Of a DNA stretch of 64,000 nt, positions 9,824 through 19,325 are shown piece after piece. The notes below the pieces were generated by a model. That model ran no database searches and was not told where the DNA came from. It worked only from the letters and a program-made list of their open reading frames with translations. The position numbers were made by a program, and so were the translations under genes. The DNA comes from Clostridium sp. (GTDB lineage: Bacteria > Bacillota_I > Bacilli_A > RF39 > UBA660). Where the stretch lies: positions 7,893 through 71,892 of the forward strand of contig JAMPDH010000002.1 in the NCBI GenBank assembly GCA_023665725.1, given 5' to 3'. Within the stretch, counting starts at the first letter, position 1. Each line of letters starts with the position of its first letter.

Positions 9824-11675
9824 ATTTCTCCTCCATCCTTAATTTACCGTTTACATTTAACATTCTAAGTGCATTTAAAATTGATATTATTGATACACCA
9901 ACATCAGCAAATACAGCTTCCCACATAGTAGCAATTCCAAATGCGGCAAGAATAAGAACCATTATTTTGACTGAAATAGCAAAAATAATATTCTCTTTAA
10001 CAATTCTCATTGTTTTATGAGATAATTTAATAGCACTAACAATTTTGCTAGGCTCATCTGTCATTATTACAACATCTGCTGCTTCAATGGCACTATCAGA
10101 TCCAAGACCACCCATAGCAATCCCAATATCAGCAAGTGATAAAACAGGTGCGTCATTGATTCCATCGCCAACAAAGGCTATTTTACCTGTACCATAAGTT
10201 ATTAATTCTTCTAACCTTGAAACTTTATCTTGTGGAAGTAATTCCGTATAAACTTTGTCTATATTTAAAGTATGTGCAACATTTGTGCTCACTTCTTTTT
10301 TATCACCTGTTAACATTATAGTATTTTTAATACCAATTTTTTTAAGCATTTTTATAGTATATTTTGAATCTTCTTTTATTTCATCTGAAATTAAAATATA
10401 TCCCTTATATTTCCCATCAACTGCTACATTTAATATTGTACCACTATCATAGTATTTTTCAAATTTAATATTATTCTCATCCATCAATTTTTCGTTTCCC
10501 ACAATAATACTATGTCCATTAATTGTTGCCATAATACCATAACCTGGCAATTCTTCTACATTTTTAATTTTAGATTCATCAATATCATGTGCATAAGTAG
10601 CTTTAATAGCAGTTGCGATTGGATGACTTGAATAATTTTCTGCATAAGCAACTAATTTCAATAACTCTTCCTTATCCATACCAACTGGTTCTATTTTTTG
10701 AACTAAAAATACACCTTTTGTAAGAGTTCCTGTTTTATCAAATACAACTGTATCTATCTTAGATAATAATTCCAAGTAATTACTCCCTTTAATTAAAATT
10801 CCCATTTTACTAGCGCCACCGATTCCTCCAAAAAAACTAAGTGGAATAGATATTACTAAGGCACATGGACAAGAAACAACTAAAAATGATAAACCTCTAT
10901 ATATCCACATAGGAAAACTTTGTTTTGCTACTAGTGGTACACCTATTGCTATAATTAAAGCAATAATTACAACTATTGGTGTATAATACTTTGCAAATTT
11001 TGTAATAAAATTTTCTGATTTAGATTTTTTACTGCTTGCATTTTCTACTAAATTAAGTATTTTACTTACTGTCGATTCTCCAAATTCTTTTGCTACTCTA
11101 ATTTTTATTGGGGCATTTAAATTGATACATCCACTTAATACTTCATCTCCAACTTTAGTATTTCTAGGTACTGGTTCCCCAGTAAGTGCTTTTGTATCTA
11201 AACTAGAGTTACCTTCTACTACAATGCCATCTAAAGGAATTTTTTCTCCTGGTTTTACAGTTATAACATCACCTATTTTAACTTCGTTAGGATTAACTTT
11301 TCTTAAATATCCATCTATATAAAGATTTGCATAATCTGGTCTTATATCCATTAAAGATGTAATTGATTTTCGTGATTTTTTAACTGCATAACTTTGAAAA
11401 AACTCACCAATCTGGTAAAACAACATAACTGCTACTGCTTCTGGAAATTCCCCGACTCCAAATGCACCAAGAGTCGCTACTGACATCAAAAAATTTTCAT
11501 CAAATACTTTTCCTCTTAAAATATTTCTTAATGCTTTATTCAATATTTCTAAGCCTGTTAATAAATAGCTTAAAATATATAAAATATTATTTATCCATAC
11601 ATTAGAAAATTTAAAAATAAGTGTAATTAAAAATAAAATGAGCGCACAAATAATTTTTATTCCTTTTTTTTTCAT
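9813..11675 (-). CDS. heavy-metal (Cd/Zn/Co-type) P1B ATPase core lacking an N-terminal metal-binding domain
   Basis: SCPCALVISIP, DKTGTLTKG, SSHPIATAI, GDGINDAP. It begins directly at the TM region. Metal specificity cannot be decided from the sequence alone. Confidence 0.8.
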   Translation of the reverse strand: MKKKGIKIICALILFLITLIFKFSNVWINNILYILSYLLTGLEILNKALRNILRGKVFDENFLMSVATLGAFGVGEFPEAVAVMLFYQIGEFFQSYAVKKSRKSITSLMDIRPDYANLYIDGYLRKVNPNEVKIGDVITVKPGEKIPLDGIVVEGNSSLDTKALTGEPVPRNTKVGDEVLSGCINLNAPIKIRVAKEFGESTVSKILNLVENASSKKSKSENFITKFAKYYTPIVVIIALIIAIGVPLVAKQSFPMWIYRGLSFLVVSCPCALVISIPLSFFGGIGGASKMGILIKGSNYLELLSKIDTVVFDKTGTLTKGVFLVQKIEPVGMDKEELLKLVAYAENYSSHPIATAIKATYAHDIDESKIKNVEELPGYGIMATINGHSIIVGNEKLMDENNIKFEKYYDSGTILNVAVDGKYKGYILISDEIKEDSKYTIKMLKKIGIKNTIMLTGDKKEVSTNVAHTLNIDKVYTELLPQDKVSRLEELITYGTGKIAFVGDGINDAPVLSLADIGIAMGGLGSDSAIEAADVVIMTDEPSKIVSAIKLSHKTMRIVKENIIFAISVKIMVLILAAFGIATMWEAVFADVGVSIISILNALRMLNVNGKLRMEEKYEN

Positions 11676-11683
11676 ACAAACCT

Positions 11684-11905
11684 CTAAATTTCTACTATTT
11701 CTACATCTGGTTCTTCTTTTTTTATTGTTTCCTTTACTTTTTTAATAATTGTATCTTTATTGTTTTCATCGTATTCAAGTTCCATTATTTGCATCATAAA
11801 ATTAATATTAACTTGTTTTACACCCTCAATTTTACTTATTGCTCTTTCTAATCCAATCGCGCAATTCACACAGTCTAATCCTTCAATCCTATAATTATTT
11901 TTCAT
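11684..11905 (-). CDS. stand-alone HMA domain protein (resembles a detached N-terminus of a Cd/Zn ATPase)
   Basis: 73 aa with IEGLDCVNCAIGLERAI, like the N-terminal domain of clostridial CadA/ZntA proteins. It ends 8 nt before the ATPase ATG and is in a different frame. Confidence 0.7.
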   Translation of the reverse strand: MKNNYRIEGLDCVNCAIGLERAISKIEGVKQVNINFMMQIMELEYDENNKDTIIKKVKETIKKEEPDVEIVEI

Positions 11906-12281
11906 TTTTATTGCCTCCTTTTTCCTTATGTTCTATATGATCAATACCTATTTCAATTACCTTTCTTACATGATCATCATCAAGCATATAATAAACCTCT
12001 TTTCCAGCTTTTCTACATCTTACAATACCACTTCTTCTCAATGTTCCTAATTGATGTGATATTGAAGATTTACTCATACTTAACACATTAGCAATATCAC
12101 ACACACACATTTCTTCTTTATCTAGTGCATATAAAATTTTCATTCTTGTAGTATCCCCTAATATTTTATAAAAATCTGCCATTTTATAAAAAAATTCATC
12201 TTCTAACATTTCATTTATAATCTTATCTACAATATCTTGATGTATTACATTACAGTCACACACAAATTCGTTTTTTGACAT
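11895..12281 (-). CDS. ArsR/SmtB-family metal-sensing repressor (CadC-like)
   Basis: wHTH CVCDIANVLSMSKSSISHQLGTLRRSGIV with Cys pairs (CDC near the N-terminus, CVC in alpha3). It is the first gene of the metal operon and overlaps the next gene by 11 nt. Confidence 0.8.
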   Translation of the reverse strand: MSKNEFVCDCNVIHQDIVDKIINEMLEDEFFYKMADFYKILGDTTRMKILYALDKEEMCVCDIANVLSMSKSSISHQLGTLRRSGIVRCRKAGKEVYYMLDDDHVRKVIEIGIDHIEHKEKGGNKNEK

Positions 12282-12318
12282 AGTGATTTTCTCCTTTACA
12301 ATATATTATATGCTATAG

Positions 12319-12334
12319 TTGAATATTTACTCAA
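12319..12334. promoter_or_regulatory. candidate ArsR/SmtB-type operator (imperfect palindrome TTGAGTAAATATTCAA)
   Basis: The TGAgTAAATATTCA core resembles TGAA-N-TTCA type SmtB/CzrA/CadC operators. It sits between the -10 and the repressor ATG. ATTCAACTATA is directly repeated at the -10 region. Confidence 0.4.
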
Positions 12335-12343
12335 TCTTTTACA

Positions 12344-12373
12344 ATTATAGTTGAATAGATGCTCATTTGTCAA
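12344..12373 (-). promoter_or_regulatory. sigma-A type promoter of the metal operon (TTGACA-18-TATAAT)
   Basis: On the minus strand, TTGACA lies at 12373-12368 and TATAAT at 12349-12344, about 60 nt upstream of the ArsR-family ATG. Confidence 0.6.
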
Positions 12374-12382
12374 CTCTTTAGT

Positions 12383-12420
12383 AAAAAAAACATAAAAATC
12401 TACAATTAATATTTTTATGT
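12383..12420 (-). terminator. rho-independent terminator after the rluA-family gene (A-run/T-run flanked, potentially bidirectional)
   Basis: Perfect 10-bp arms ACATAAAAAT/ATTTTTATGT with an 11-nt loop, followed on the minus strand by U8. Confidence 0.55.
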
Positions 12421-12504
12421 TTTTTCATTTTTAATAAATTCCCTAATTTTTATAGTTAAATTAAATATTATACTTTTAAGTAGAATCTTTTACATTACAT
12501 TGAA

Positions 12505-13164
12505 TTATACTTTAAAATATAACCATGGTTTTAAATTTGGCAAATTTTGATTAAAAATCAAGAGTTCCTTTGTTATAGGATGATAAAACTCTAGGTGGTA
12601 TGCAAATAAAGCAATTTGATTTCCTACTTTTGAATTTATATTATACTTTTGGTCTCCATATAGTGGGAACCCCCTACTTGAAAATTGAACTCTTATTTGA
12701 TGGGGACGTCCAGTTATAAGTAAAATATCTACTAATGATAAATTCAAAGACTTATTATATTTAACTAAACTATAACTTAACTTTGATAATTTGCCATTCG
12801 AATCAACCTTTACTATATTGCTTTTAGAATCTTTTAATAATTTATCTTCAAAAAAGCCGCTTTCTTTAATTTTGCCTTCTACTATTGCATAATATTTTTT
12901 TTTAAATTGATTTAATCTTATCTGATCGCTTAAACGAGATGCTGCTTTACTAGTTTTTGCAAACACCATCACCCCACCTACTGGTCTATCTAACCTATGA
13001 ACAAGTCCTAAATAAACATTACCTTTTTTATTATATTTTTCCTTTAAATATTGTTTCAGCATAGTTAATAAATCTATGTCTTTAGTATTATCAGCTTGAA
13101 CTAATGTATTTACAGGTTTTAAAACCACAAGCAAGTGATTATCCTCATATATAATATTAATCAT
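12505..13164 (-). CDS. RluA-family pseudouridine synthase (no S4 domain)
   Basis: HRLDRPVGGVMVFAKTSKAA catalytic Asp motif; ...TGRPHQIRVQ. The track start is 13191; ATG at 13164 (MINIIYEDNHLLV) is more typical. Confidence 0.8.
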   Translation of the reverse strand: MINIIYEDNHLLVVLKPVNTLVQADNTKDIDLLTMLKQYLKEKYNKKGNVYLGLVHRLDRPVGGVMVFAKTSKAASRLSDQIRLNQFKKKYYAIVEGKIKESGFFEDKLLKDSKSNIVKVDSNGKLSKLSYSLVKYNKSLNLSLVDILLITGRPHQIRVQFSSRGFPLYGDQKYNINSKVGNQIALFAYHLEFYHPITKELLIFNQNLPNLKPWLYFKV

Positions 13165-14032
13165 TACTTTGCCATCTTCCATAGATACCACATGGTAATA
13201 CCATGTTATTTCTAGTTATTGGAATTCCTATCTCTCCAGAATCTACAATTCCATTTGGATATAATGGCAACAATTTTAGTTTGATTATATTTTCAAGAAC
13301 TGTACTAGAAATACCAGTAGTATATGCATTAATTAAGAAAAATAAAGGTTCATTACTTAATATATTTATACACCTATCTATTAAATTATCAATATTATCT
13401 TCAAATTTCCACTTTTCCCCATTAGGCCCTCTTCCATATGATGGAGGGTCCATAATTATAACATCATATTTATTTCCTCTTCTTATCTCACGCTCTACAA
13501 ATTTTAGACAATCATCTACTATAAATCTAATTTTATTATTCTCTAAATTAGATAATTTCATATTTTCCTTAGCCCATTCAACCATACCTTTTGCAGCATC
13601 AACATGTACAACCTCATCTGCACCCGCAAGAGAACAAGCCATTGTTGTCCCTCCTGTATAAGCAAAAAGATTTAATACTTTTATAGGTTTTCCTGAATTT
13701 CTAATTTTTTCCATCATAAAATCCCAATTAACAGCTTGTTCAGGAAATAAACCGGTATGTTTAAAATTAGTTGGGCTTATTTTAAATGTTAAATTTTTAT
13801 ATTTAATTTTCCAAAATTCTGGTAATTTTTTTCTAAATTCCCAAGTCCCTCCACCATTTTTGCTTCTATGATAAAAAGCATCTGGATATTTCCATAAATC
13901 ATCTTCCTTATTAATATTCCATATTGCTTGCGGATCAGGCCTTCTTAAAATTATTCCATTCCAACTTTCTAGCTTTTCACCATTACCAGCATCTATTAAT
14001 TCATAATCTTCCCAATTAGTATTCAATCTCAT
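13157..14032 (-). CDS. class I SAM-dependent methyltransferase, RlmI/RlmK-like (PUA-less)
   Basis: LNLFAYTGGTTMACSLAGA (motif I) ... IIMDPPSYGRG (motif IV). Confidence 0.6.
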   Translation of the reverse strand: MRLNTNWEDYELIDAGNGEKLESWNGIILRRPDPQAIWNINKEDDLWKYPDAFYHRSKNGGGTWEFRKKLPEFWKIKYKNLTFKISPTNFKHTGLFPEQAVNWDFMMEKIRNSGKPIKVLNLFAYTGGTTMACSLAGADEVVHVDAAKGMVEWAKENMKLSNLENNKIRFIVDDCLKFVEREIRRGNKYDVIIMDPPSYGRGPNGEKWKFEDNIDNLIDRCINILSNEPLFFLINAYTTGISSTVLENIIKLKLLPLYPNGIVDSGEIGIPITRNNMVLPCGIYGRWQSND

Positions 14033-14047
14033 ATAATCACCTAACTT

Positions 14048-14956
14048 CTACTCATCAATAGAATTAATTGCTTTTTTTATCACAGAAATAGATCTTTGTA
14101 ACTTATTTGTTTCATCCTCATTTAACTTAACATATATACGGCTATTAGATCCATTTCTATTTATTATGGTAGGCCCTCCTACAAATACCTTATTATTAGG
14201 ATCAAAAGAAGAAACTGTGATAATAGTATTTTCATCTTGCAATATAGCATTTGTAATTCTAACCAAACACATACCTATCCCATAGCATGTGGCTCCTTTT
14301 TTATCAATTATTTCATAAGCAGCATTCTTTACCTCTGTACAAATATTTTCTAGTTCATTAACATCTATAAAGTCAACTATATTTTGTAATCCAACATTTG
14401 CATTACTCCATGGAACAAATTCAGAATCTCCATGCTCCCCAATTACATAAGCATGAACATTTTTTGGACTTACTTTTAATCTTTCACTTATTAAATATCT
14501 AAGTCTAGAAGTATCTAAACTTGTACCACTACCTATTACCTTATTAGAAGGTAGTCCAGAATATTTCCATGTAATATATGTCATAACATCAAGTGGATTT
14601 GTCGCAACTAAAAATATACCATCAAATCCGTTTTTCATAACTTCTGTAACTATTGATTTAAAGATTTTACTATTCTTATTAATTAAATCCATTCTTGTTT
14701 CTCCTGGATTTTGATTAGCCCCTGCTGCTATCATAACAATAGTAGCATCACTACAATCACTATAATTACCTTTTTTTATATTCATATGAGTTGGTGCGAA
14801 AGCAAGGCAATGATTTAAGTCCATTACCTCACCCTCTACCTTTTTCTCATTTAAGTCTATTAACACTAATTCCTGAACATTAGCTTTTTGATTTAACAAA
14901 GCATATGCATAACTCATTCCTACATTTCCACAACCTATTATTACAATTTTATTCAT
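14048..14956 (-). CDS. ldh: L-lactate dehydrogenase
   Basis: IVIIGCGNVGMSYAYAL Rossmann start, ...GEHGDSEFVPWS, ~300 aa. Confidence 0.85.
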   Translation of the reverse strand: MNKIVIIGCGNVGMSYAYALLNQKANVQELVLIDLNEKKVEGEVMDLNHCLAFAPTHMNIKKGNYSDCSDATIVMIAAGANQNPGETRMDLINKNSKIFKSIVTEVMKNGFDGIFLVATNPLDVMTYITWKYSGLPSNKVIGSGTSLDTSRLRYLISERLKVSPKNVHAYVIGEHGDSEFVPWSNANVGLQNIVDFIDVNELENICTEVKNAAYEIIDKKGATCYGIGMCLVRITNAILQDENTIITVSSFDPNNKVFVGGPTIINRNGSNSRIYVKLNEDETNKLQRSISVIKKAINSIDE

Positions 14957-14971
14957 ATTATCACCATTTTA

Positions 14972-14980
14972 ATTATATCA
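14972..14980 (-). promoter_or_regulatory. candidate extended -10 promoter (TGaTATAAT) for ldh
   Basis: Minus strand reads TGATATAAT about 15 nt upstream of the ldh ATG region, directly after the dxs terminator. Confidence 0.35.
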
Positions 14981-14986
14981 TTGTTT

Positions 14987-15013
14987 AATAATAAAAGCGA
15001 GATTATCACTCAC
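14987..15013 (-). terminator. terminator after dxs
   Basis: Minus strand reads GUGAG-UGAUAAU-CUCGC (one G-U pair) followed by UUUUAUUAUU. It starts at the dxs stop codon. Confidence 0.45.
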
Positions 15014-16857
15014 TTTAGTTTAAAATACTTAATTATATCCTTTTCTATATAATCAATATCTAAATTTATTTCTTTCTTTAATAAATCTATATTACCATGT
15101 TTGACATACAAGTTATCTATTCCTGTAATTTTTATTTTATTGATTGCTTCCTTATAACTTAAATATTCCAAAATATTAGTGCCTAGACTATTAGTTTTAA
15201 TGCTTGTTTCATAAACATATATTTTTTGATGAGTTTTAATTAATTCTTTTAAAATAGTTTTATCTATTGGTTTTATATATCTAGCATTTATAATATTAAC
15301 ATTTTTATCTTTAAACTTATCATATATTTTTACAACATCGGTTCCATATGAAATAATAGTATTTTTACATGCCTTACATTTTTTTAAATATACCCAAGTT
15401 CCGACTTTAATCTCTTTAAATGGTGTCTTTTTAAATTCTAAGTTTGCCCTTTCATATCTTATACAAAAGGGTCCTGTTTGTTTATAGAATGCAGTATATA
15501 AAAGATTTCTTATTTCTTCACTATCTTTTCCCATAGCTATTATAACATTTGGAATACTATTTAAAAAACTAATATCAAAAATACCATGATGCGTATCGCC
15601 ATCTTCTCCAACAATACCAGCTCTGTCAATTCCAATAATAACATGTGCATTAAGTCTTGCTATGTCATGGTTTATATTATCATATGCCCTTTGAAGAAAT
15701 GAGGAATAAATTGGTAAAAAAACCTTTTTATTATTTAATGCTATACTACAAGCAAGAGTTGTCGCAAAGGATTCAGTAATACCTGTATCAATACTTCGAT
15801 TTGGGAAATATTCAAAAATTTTCTCTAATTTACTACCATTTATCATAGCAGGTGTGATTGTAACAATATCCTCATCATTAGACATAAATTCATAAATCGT
15901 ATTAGCAATAACCTCACTAATACTTGTTTTATTACTATTAGCTAAAATACCACTATTTTTATCAAAACTACTTACACTATGCCAAGTACTACTATCTAAC
16001 TCAGCAGGTCCATATCCTTTTCCCTTTTTAGTTATAACATGTATAAGAATTGTTTTTTTAGACGATTTTGCTTTTTTAAAAGCTCTAATTAAATCCTTAA
16101 TATTATGTCCATCAATAGGGCCAAGATAATCTATATCTAAATCTGTAAAAATGTTATGATTAATTTTCTTTTTGAATTTATCCTTTACTTTAGAACTGAA
16201 ATTATATACCTTAGTTCCAACTCCTGTTTTACTAAGAAAATTTTTATATTTATTTTTAGCAAAATCATAAGAATTGCTTATCCTAATATTTTTTAAAAAC
16301 TCACTCAATCCACCAACATTTTTAGATATAGACATTTCATTATCATTTAATATTATTATAATTTTGGATTTAAGATTTTGAATATTATTCAAAGACTCAA
16401 ATGCTAATCCACCTGTTAACGATCCATCTCCAATAATAGCAATACAATCATACTTTTCATTATTTAAATCACGCGCATATGCAAAACCTAAACTAGCAGC
16501 AATTGACGTAGATGAATGACCTGCTTCAAATGGATCATGAACGCTTTCATATCTTTTTTGATATCCTGATATACCATTGATCTGCCTTAAAGTACTAAAC
16601 AAATTAGCACGTCCTGTTAAAATTTTATGAGTATATGATTGATGTCCAACATCAAAGATAAATTTATCATATGAAGAATCAAATACATAATGAAGCGCTA
16701 CTGTTAATTCAACTACTCCTAAATTACTAGCAAGATGTCCTCCAGTTTGAGATATATTATCTATTATAAAATTTCTTATATCATTACATAAATTTTCTAA
16801 TTGTTTCTTATTATAATTTTTTAAAAAACTAGGATCTTTTATATTTTTTATTTCCAT
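15010..16857 (-). CDS. dxs: 1-deoxy-D-xylulose-5-phosphate synthase
   Basis: 615 aa with GGHLASNLGVVELTVALH ... GDGSLTGG (TPP-binding) ... transketolase-like C-terminal half. Confidence 0.9.
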   Translation of the reverse strand: MEIKNIKDPSFLKNYNKKQLENLCNDIRNFIIDNISQTGGHLASNLGVVELTVALHYVFDSSYDKFIFDVGHQSYTHKILTGRANLFSTLRQINGISGYQKRYESVHDPFEAGHSSTSIAASLGFAYARDLNNEKYDCIAIIGDGSLTGGLAFESLNNIQNLKSKIIIILNDNEMSISKNVGGLSEFLKNIRISNSYDFAKNKYKNFLSKTGVGTKVYNFSSKVKDKFKKKINHNIFTDLDIDYLGPIDGHNIKDLIRAFKKAKSSKKTILIHVITKKGKGYGPAELDSSTWHSVSSFDKNSGILANSNKTSISEVIANTIYEFMSNDEDIVTITPAMINGSKLEKIFEYFPNRSIDTGITESFATTLACSIALNNKKVFLPIYSSFLQRAYDNINHDIARLNAHVIIGIDRAGIVGEDGDTHHGIFDISFLNSIPNVIIAMGKDSEEIRNLLYTAFYKQTGPFCIRYERANLEFKKTPFKEIKVGTWVYLKKCKACKNTIISYGTDVVKIYDKFKDKNVNIINARYIKPIDKTILKELIKTHQKIYVYETSIKTNSLGTNILEYLSYKEAINKIKITGIDNLYVKHGNIDLLKKEINLDIDYIEKDIIKYFKLK

Positions 16858-17062
16858 AAATCCCTACCTTAATATAAATTAATATTTTAATTAAATAAAT
16901 TTGTATATTTAAATAATACCATATTTTAATAAATAAAACCATTATTATTGAAATATTGCATGTTTTGATAAGTTCCTAATATATCTAAAATTTCGTATAT
17001 ACTCTATTTTATTCAAACGATTAAATTTCAACTTTCAAAGTAATTATAATAATCTTCTAACA

Positions 17063-17087
17063 ACAAAAAAGCCCGTAAAATACGGAC
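17063..17087 (-). terminator. terminator after rpsI
   Basis: Minus strand reads CCGUA-UUU-UACGG (extendable) followed by GCUUUUUUG. Confidence 0.5.
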
Positions 17088-17113
17088 TTTGTAATATCAA
17101 AAACTGTTTGATT

Positions 17114-17533
17114 TTAACGTTTGCTAAATTGTGGTGCTCTACGTGCAGCCTTTAGACCAGGTTTCTTTCTTTCTTTAGCTCTTGAATCTCTTGTAATCAT
17201 ACCTGCTCTTTTAAGAATTTTTCTATAACTTGTTTCGCTTTCAGGATCAGTACCTTTATCATATTCTAGAAGTGCACGAGTAATTCCTAAACGAATTGCT
17301 CCAGCTTGACCAGAAAATCCACTTCCTTCAACCTTAACATCAATATCAAAAACTTCCTCAGTTTTAGTTAATACTAAAGGTTGTTTTAAATCCATGACAC
17401 ATGTTTCATATGGAAAGAAATCTCTAACATCTCTACCATTAACAGTTATTTTACCCTTTCCAGGTATTAATTTAACTCTAGCAACTGCTGATTTTCTTCT
17501 ACCAGTCCCTAAAAACACTCTTTTTTCTGCCAT
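17114..17533 (-). CDS. rpsI: 30S ribosomal protein S9 (uS9)
   Basis: The C-terminus ...[10 protein letters not shown] is typical of uS9. It follows rplM. Confidence 0.95.
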   Translation of the reverse strand: MAEKRVFLGTGRRKSAVARVKLIPGKGKITVNGRDVRDFFPYETCVMDLKQPLVLTKTEEVFDIDVKVEGSGFSGQAGAIRLGITRALLEYDKGTDPESETSYRKILKRAGMITRDSRAKERKKPGLKAARRAPQFSKR

Positions 17534-17544
17534 CTATTTTCCTC

Positions 17545-17976
17545 CTAGTCCTTTAACTCCACAGGTTTTTGAGCCATATGTGGATGATTTTCATCTGCGT
17601 AAACAAATAATTTTCTATACATTTGTCTTCCAAGTCTTCCTTTTGGAAGCATTCCTTTCACTGCTCTTTCAAGCATTTCAACTGGATAGTTTTCTTTCAT
17701 TTCACGTGCAGTTCTTTCTCTTAAACCACCTGTATATCCACTATGATTATAATAAATCTTATCATCCAATTTATTACCAGTTAAATTAACTTTTGAGGCA
17801 TTAATTATGATAACAAAATCCCCACAATCAACATGAGGTGTATAAGTTGGTTTATGTTTACCACGTAAAATTGTAGCAACTTTAGTAGCAACACGTCCTA
17901 AGTTCTTATCACTCGCATCGATTACATACCAATTACGAATAATTTCTTCTTTTTTTTGCATATATGAATTTTTCAT
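17545..17976 (-). CDS. rplM: 50S ribosomal protein L13 (uL13)
   Basis: ...[18 protein letters not shown]... matches the uL13 N-terminus. Confidence 0.95.
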   Translation of the reverse strand: MKNSYMQKKEEIIRNWYVIDASDKNLGRVATKVATILRGKHKPTYTPHVDCGDFVIIINASKVNLTGNKLDDKIYYNHSGYTGGLRERTAREMKENYPVEMLERAVKGMLPKGRLGRQMYRKLFVYADENHPHMAQKPVELKD

Positions 17977-18042
17977 ATTTTTTTCCTTTCTCCTTTACAA
18001 ATAATAAGTTGTCCCAAGACTTATTACATGTGGGATTAATTA

Positions 18043-18051
18043 AATGTACCA
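18043..18051 (-). promoter_or_regulatory. candidate extended -10 promoter (TGgTACATT) for rplM-rpsI
   Basis: Minus strand reads TGGTACATT about 70 nt upstream of the rplM ATG, downstream of the SDR terminator. Confidence 0.3.
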
Positions 18052-18063
18052 TTTTTAATTATA

Positions 18064-18107
18064 TTAAAAAAACTATAAAAAGTCAATTAATATATGACTT
18101 TATAGTT
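18064..18107 (-). terminator. terminator after the SDR gene
   Basis: Minus strand reads AACUAUAAAGUC ... GACUUUUUAUAGUU (12-bp stem with a 2-nt bulge) followed by U7. Confidence 0.5.
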
Positions 18108-18144
18108 AATTTTATTATATAAAAATGTACATTATTACATAGAT

Positions 18145-18906
18145 TTAACCTTTTTTAGATTTTTGTATATTATATGCTATATTTAATTTTAAATTTAAAG
18201 GTGCGAATCTACCTAAATAATAAACTGTTTTTGCACTCATTCCTGGTAAAATAATAGATTTATTTTTAAACATTTTTTTAATAGCATAATTACATACATA
18301 ATTAGAAGTAAGTGATTTCACAGAAAATTTAACTCCTGCTACCTTATTAAACTCTGTTTCAACAGGTCCTGGGCATAATGTTCCTATATAAATATGACTA
18401 CCCTCTTTTTTTAATTCTTTTCTAATTGCATGTGTTAAATTAAACACATAAGATTTAGTTGCATAGTAAACACTCATTAAAGGCCCAGGTTGAAATGCAG
18501 CAGTTGAAGCAACATTTAATATATAACCTTTATTCTTCTTTTTAAAATCTTTTAAAAACAACTTAGTAAGAATATGAACTGCTTTAATATTTAAATCTAT
18601 CATATCTAGTTCTTTTTCTATATTAGTACTTATAAAGTCCCCAAATAATCCAAATCCAGCATTATTTATTAAAATATCAATATCTTCATTCTTTACTTGT
18701 TCATAAAGTTTAATACAATTATATGAACTAGAAATATCCATATCAATTATAGTTATATTAGTTTTCAACTTATTTTTTAAGCTTTCTAATTTTTTCTTTC
18801 TACGAGCAACTAATATTAAATCATATCCCATATTACTTAAAATGTTTGCAAATTCTTTGCCTAAACCACTACTTGCACCTGTTATCAAAGCTTTCATATT
18901 ATTCAC
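18145..18906 (-). CDS. short-chain dehydrogenase/reductase (SDR) family oxidoreductase
   Basis: ALITGASSGLGKEFA (TGxxxGxG), NNAG, YYATKSYV (YxxxK). Confidence 0.8.
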   Translation of the reverse strand: MNNMKALITGASSGLGKEFANILSNMGYDLILVARRKKKLESLKNKLKTNITIIDMDISSSYNCIKLYEQVKNEDIDILINNAGFGLFGDFISTNIEKELDMIDLNIKAVHILTKLFLKDFKKKNKGYILNVASTAAFQPGPLMSVYYATKSYVFNLTHAIRKELKKEGSHIYIGTLCPGPVETEFNKVAGVKFSVKSLTSNYVCNYAIKKMFKNKSIILPGMSAKTVYYLGRFAPLNLKLNIAYNIQKSKKG

Positions 18907-18956
18907 CTAATTTAATTATAAACAAAATAATATAAAAGTGCAAATAAAAAGCAATA

Positions 18957-19310
18957 TTATTTATCGCTTTCTACTAACTCAAGGATAACTTCTAAAGCGT
19001 CATCCCCTCTTCTTTCATTTAATTTAAGTATTCTTGTATAACCACCATTACGATTTTCATAACGTTTAGCTAAATCATCAAAAACTTTTTTAACTGCCTC
19101 AGTATCATTTTGTAAGAATGCTAAAGCTCTTCTTCTTGCACCTAATGATCCATCTTTTCCATATGTAATCATTTTCTCAGCAAATCTACGTGTTTCTTTT
19201 GCACGTTCTTCAGTTGTTTCTATTCTTTCATACATAATTAAATCTTTTGTTTGATTTGCAAGAAGACTTCTTCTATGTTTATTAGTGCGTCCTAATTTTC
19301 TATAAGCCAT
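18957..19310 (-). CDS. rplQ: 50S ribosomal protein L17 (bL17)
   Basis: [17 protein letters not shown]... is a typical bL17 start. It follows rpoA. Confidence 0.95.
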   Translation of the reverse strand: MAYRKLGRTNKHRRSLLANQTKDLIMYERIETTEERAKETRRFAEKMITYGKDGSLGARRRALAFLQNDTEAVKKVFDDLAKRYENRNGGYTRILKLNERRGDDALEVILELVESDK

Positions 19311-19325
19311 AGTTATACCTCCTAT

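Noticed and set aside
11660-11675. The A9 homopolymer right after the ATG of the Cd/Zn-type ATPase (ATGAAAAAAAAAGG) as a slipped-strand phase-variation switch.
   Set aside because: MKKK starts and long A-runs are ubiquitous in this AT-rich genome; copA and htrA begin the same way. There is no evidence of frame ambiguity in the sequence given.
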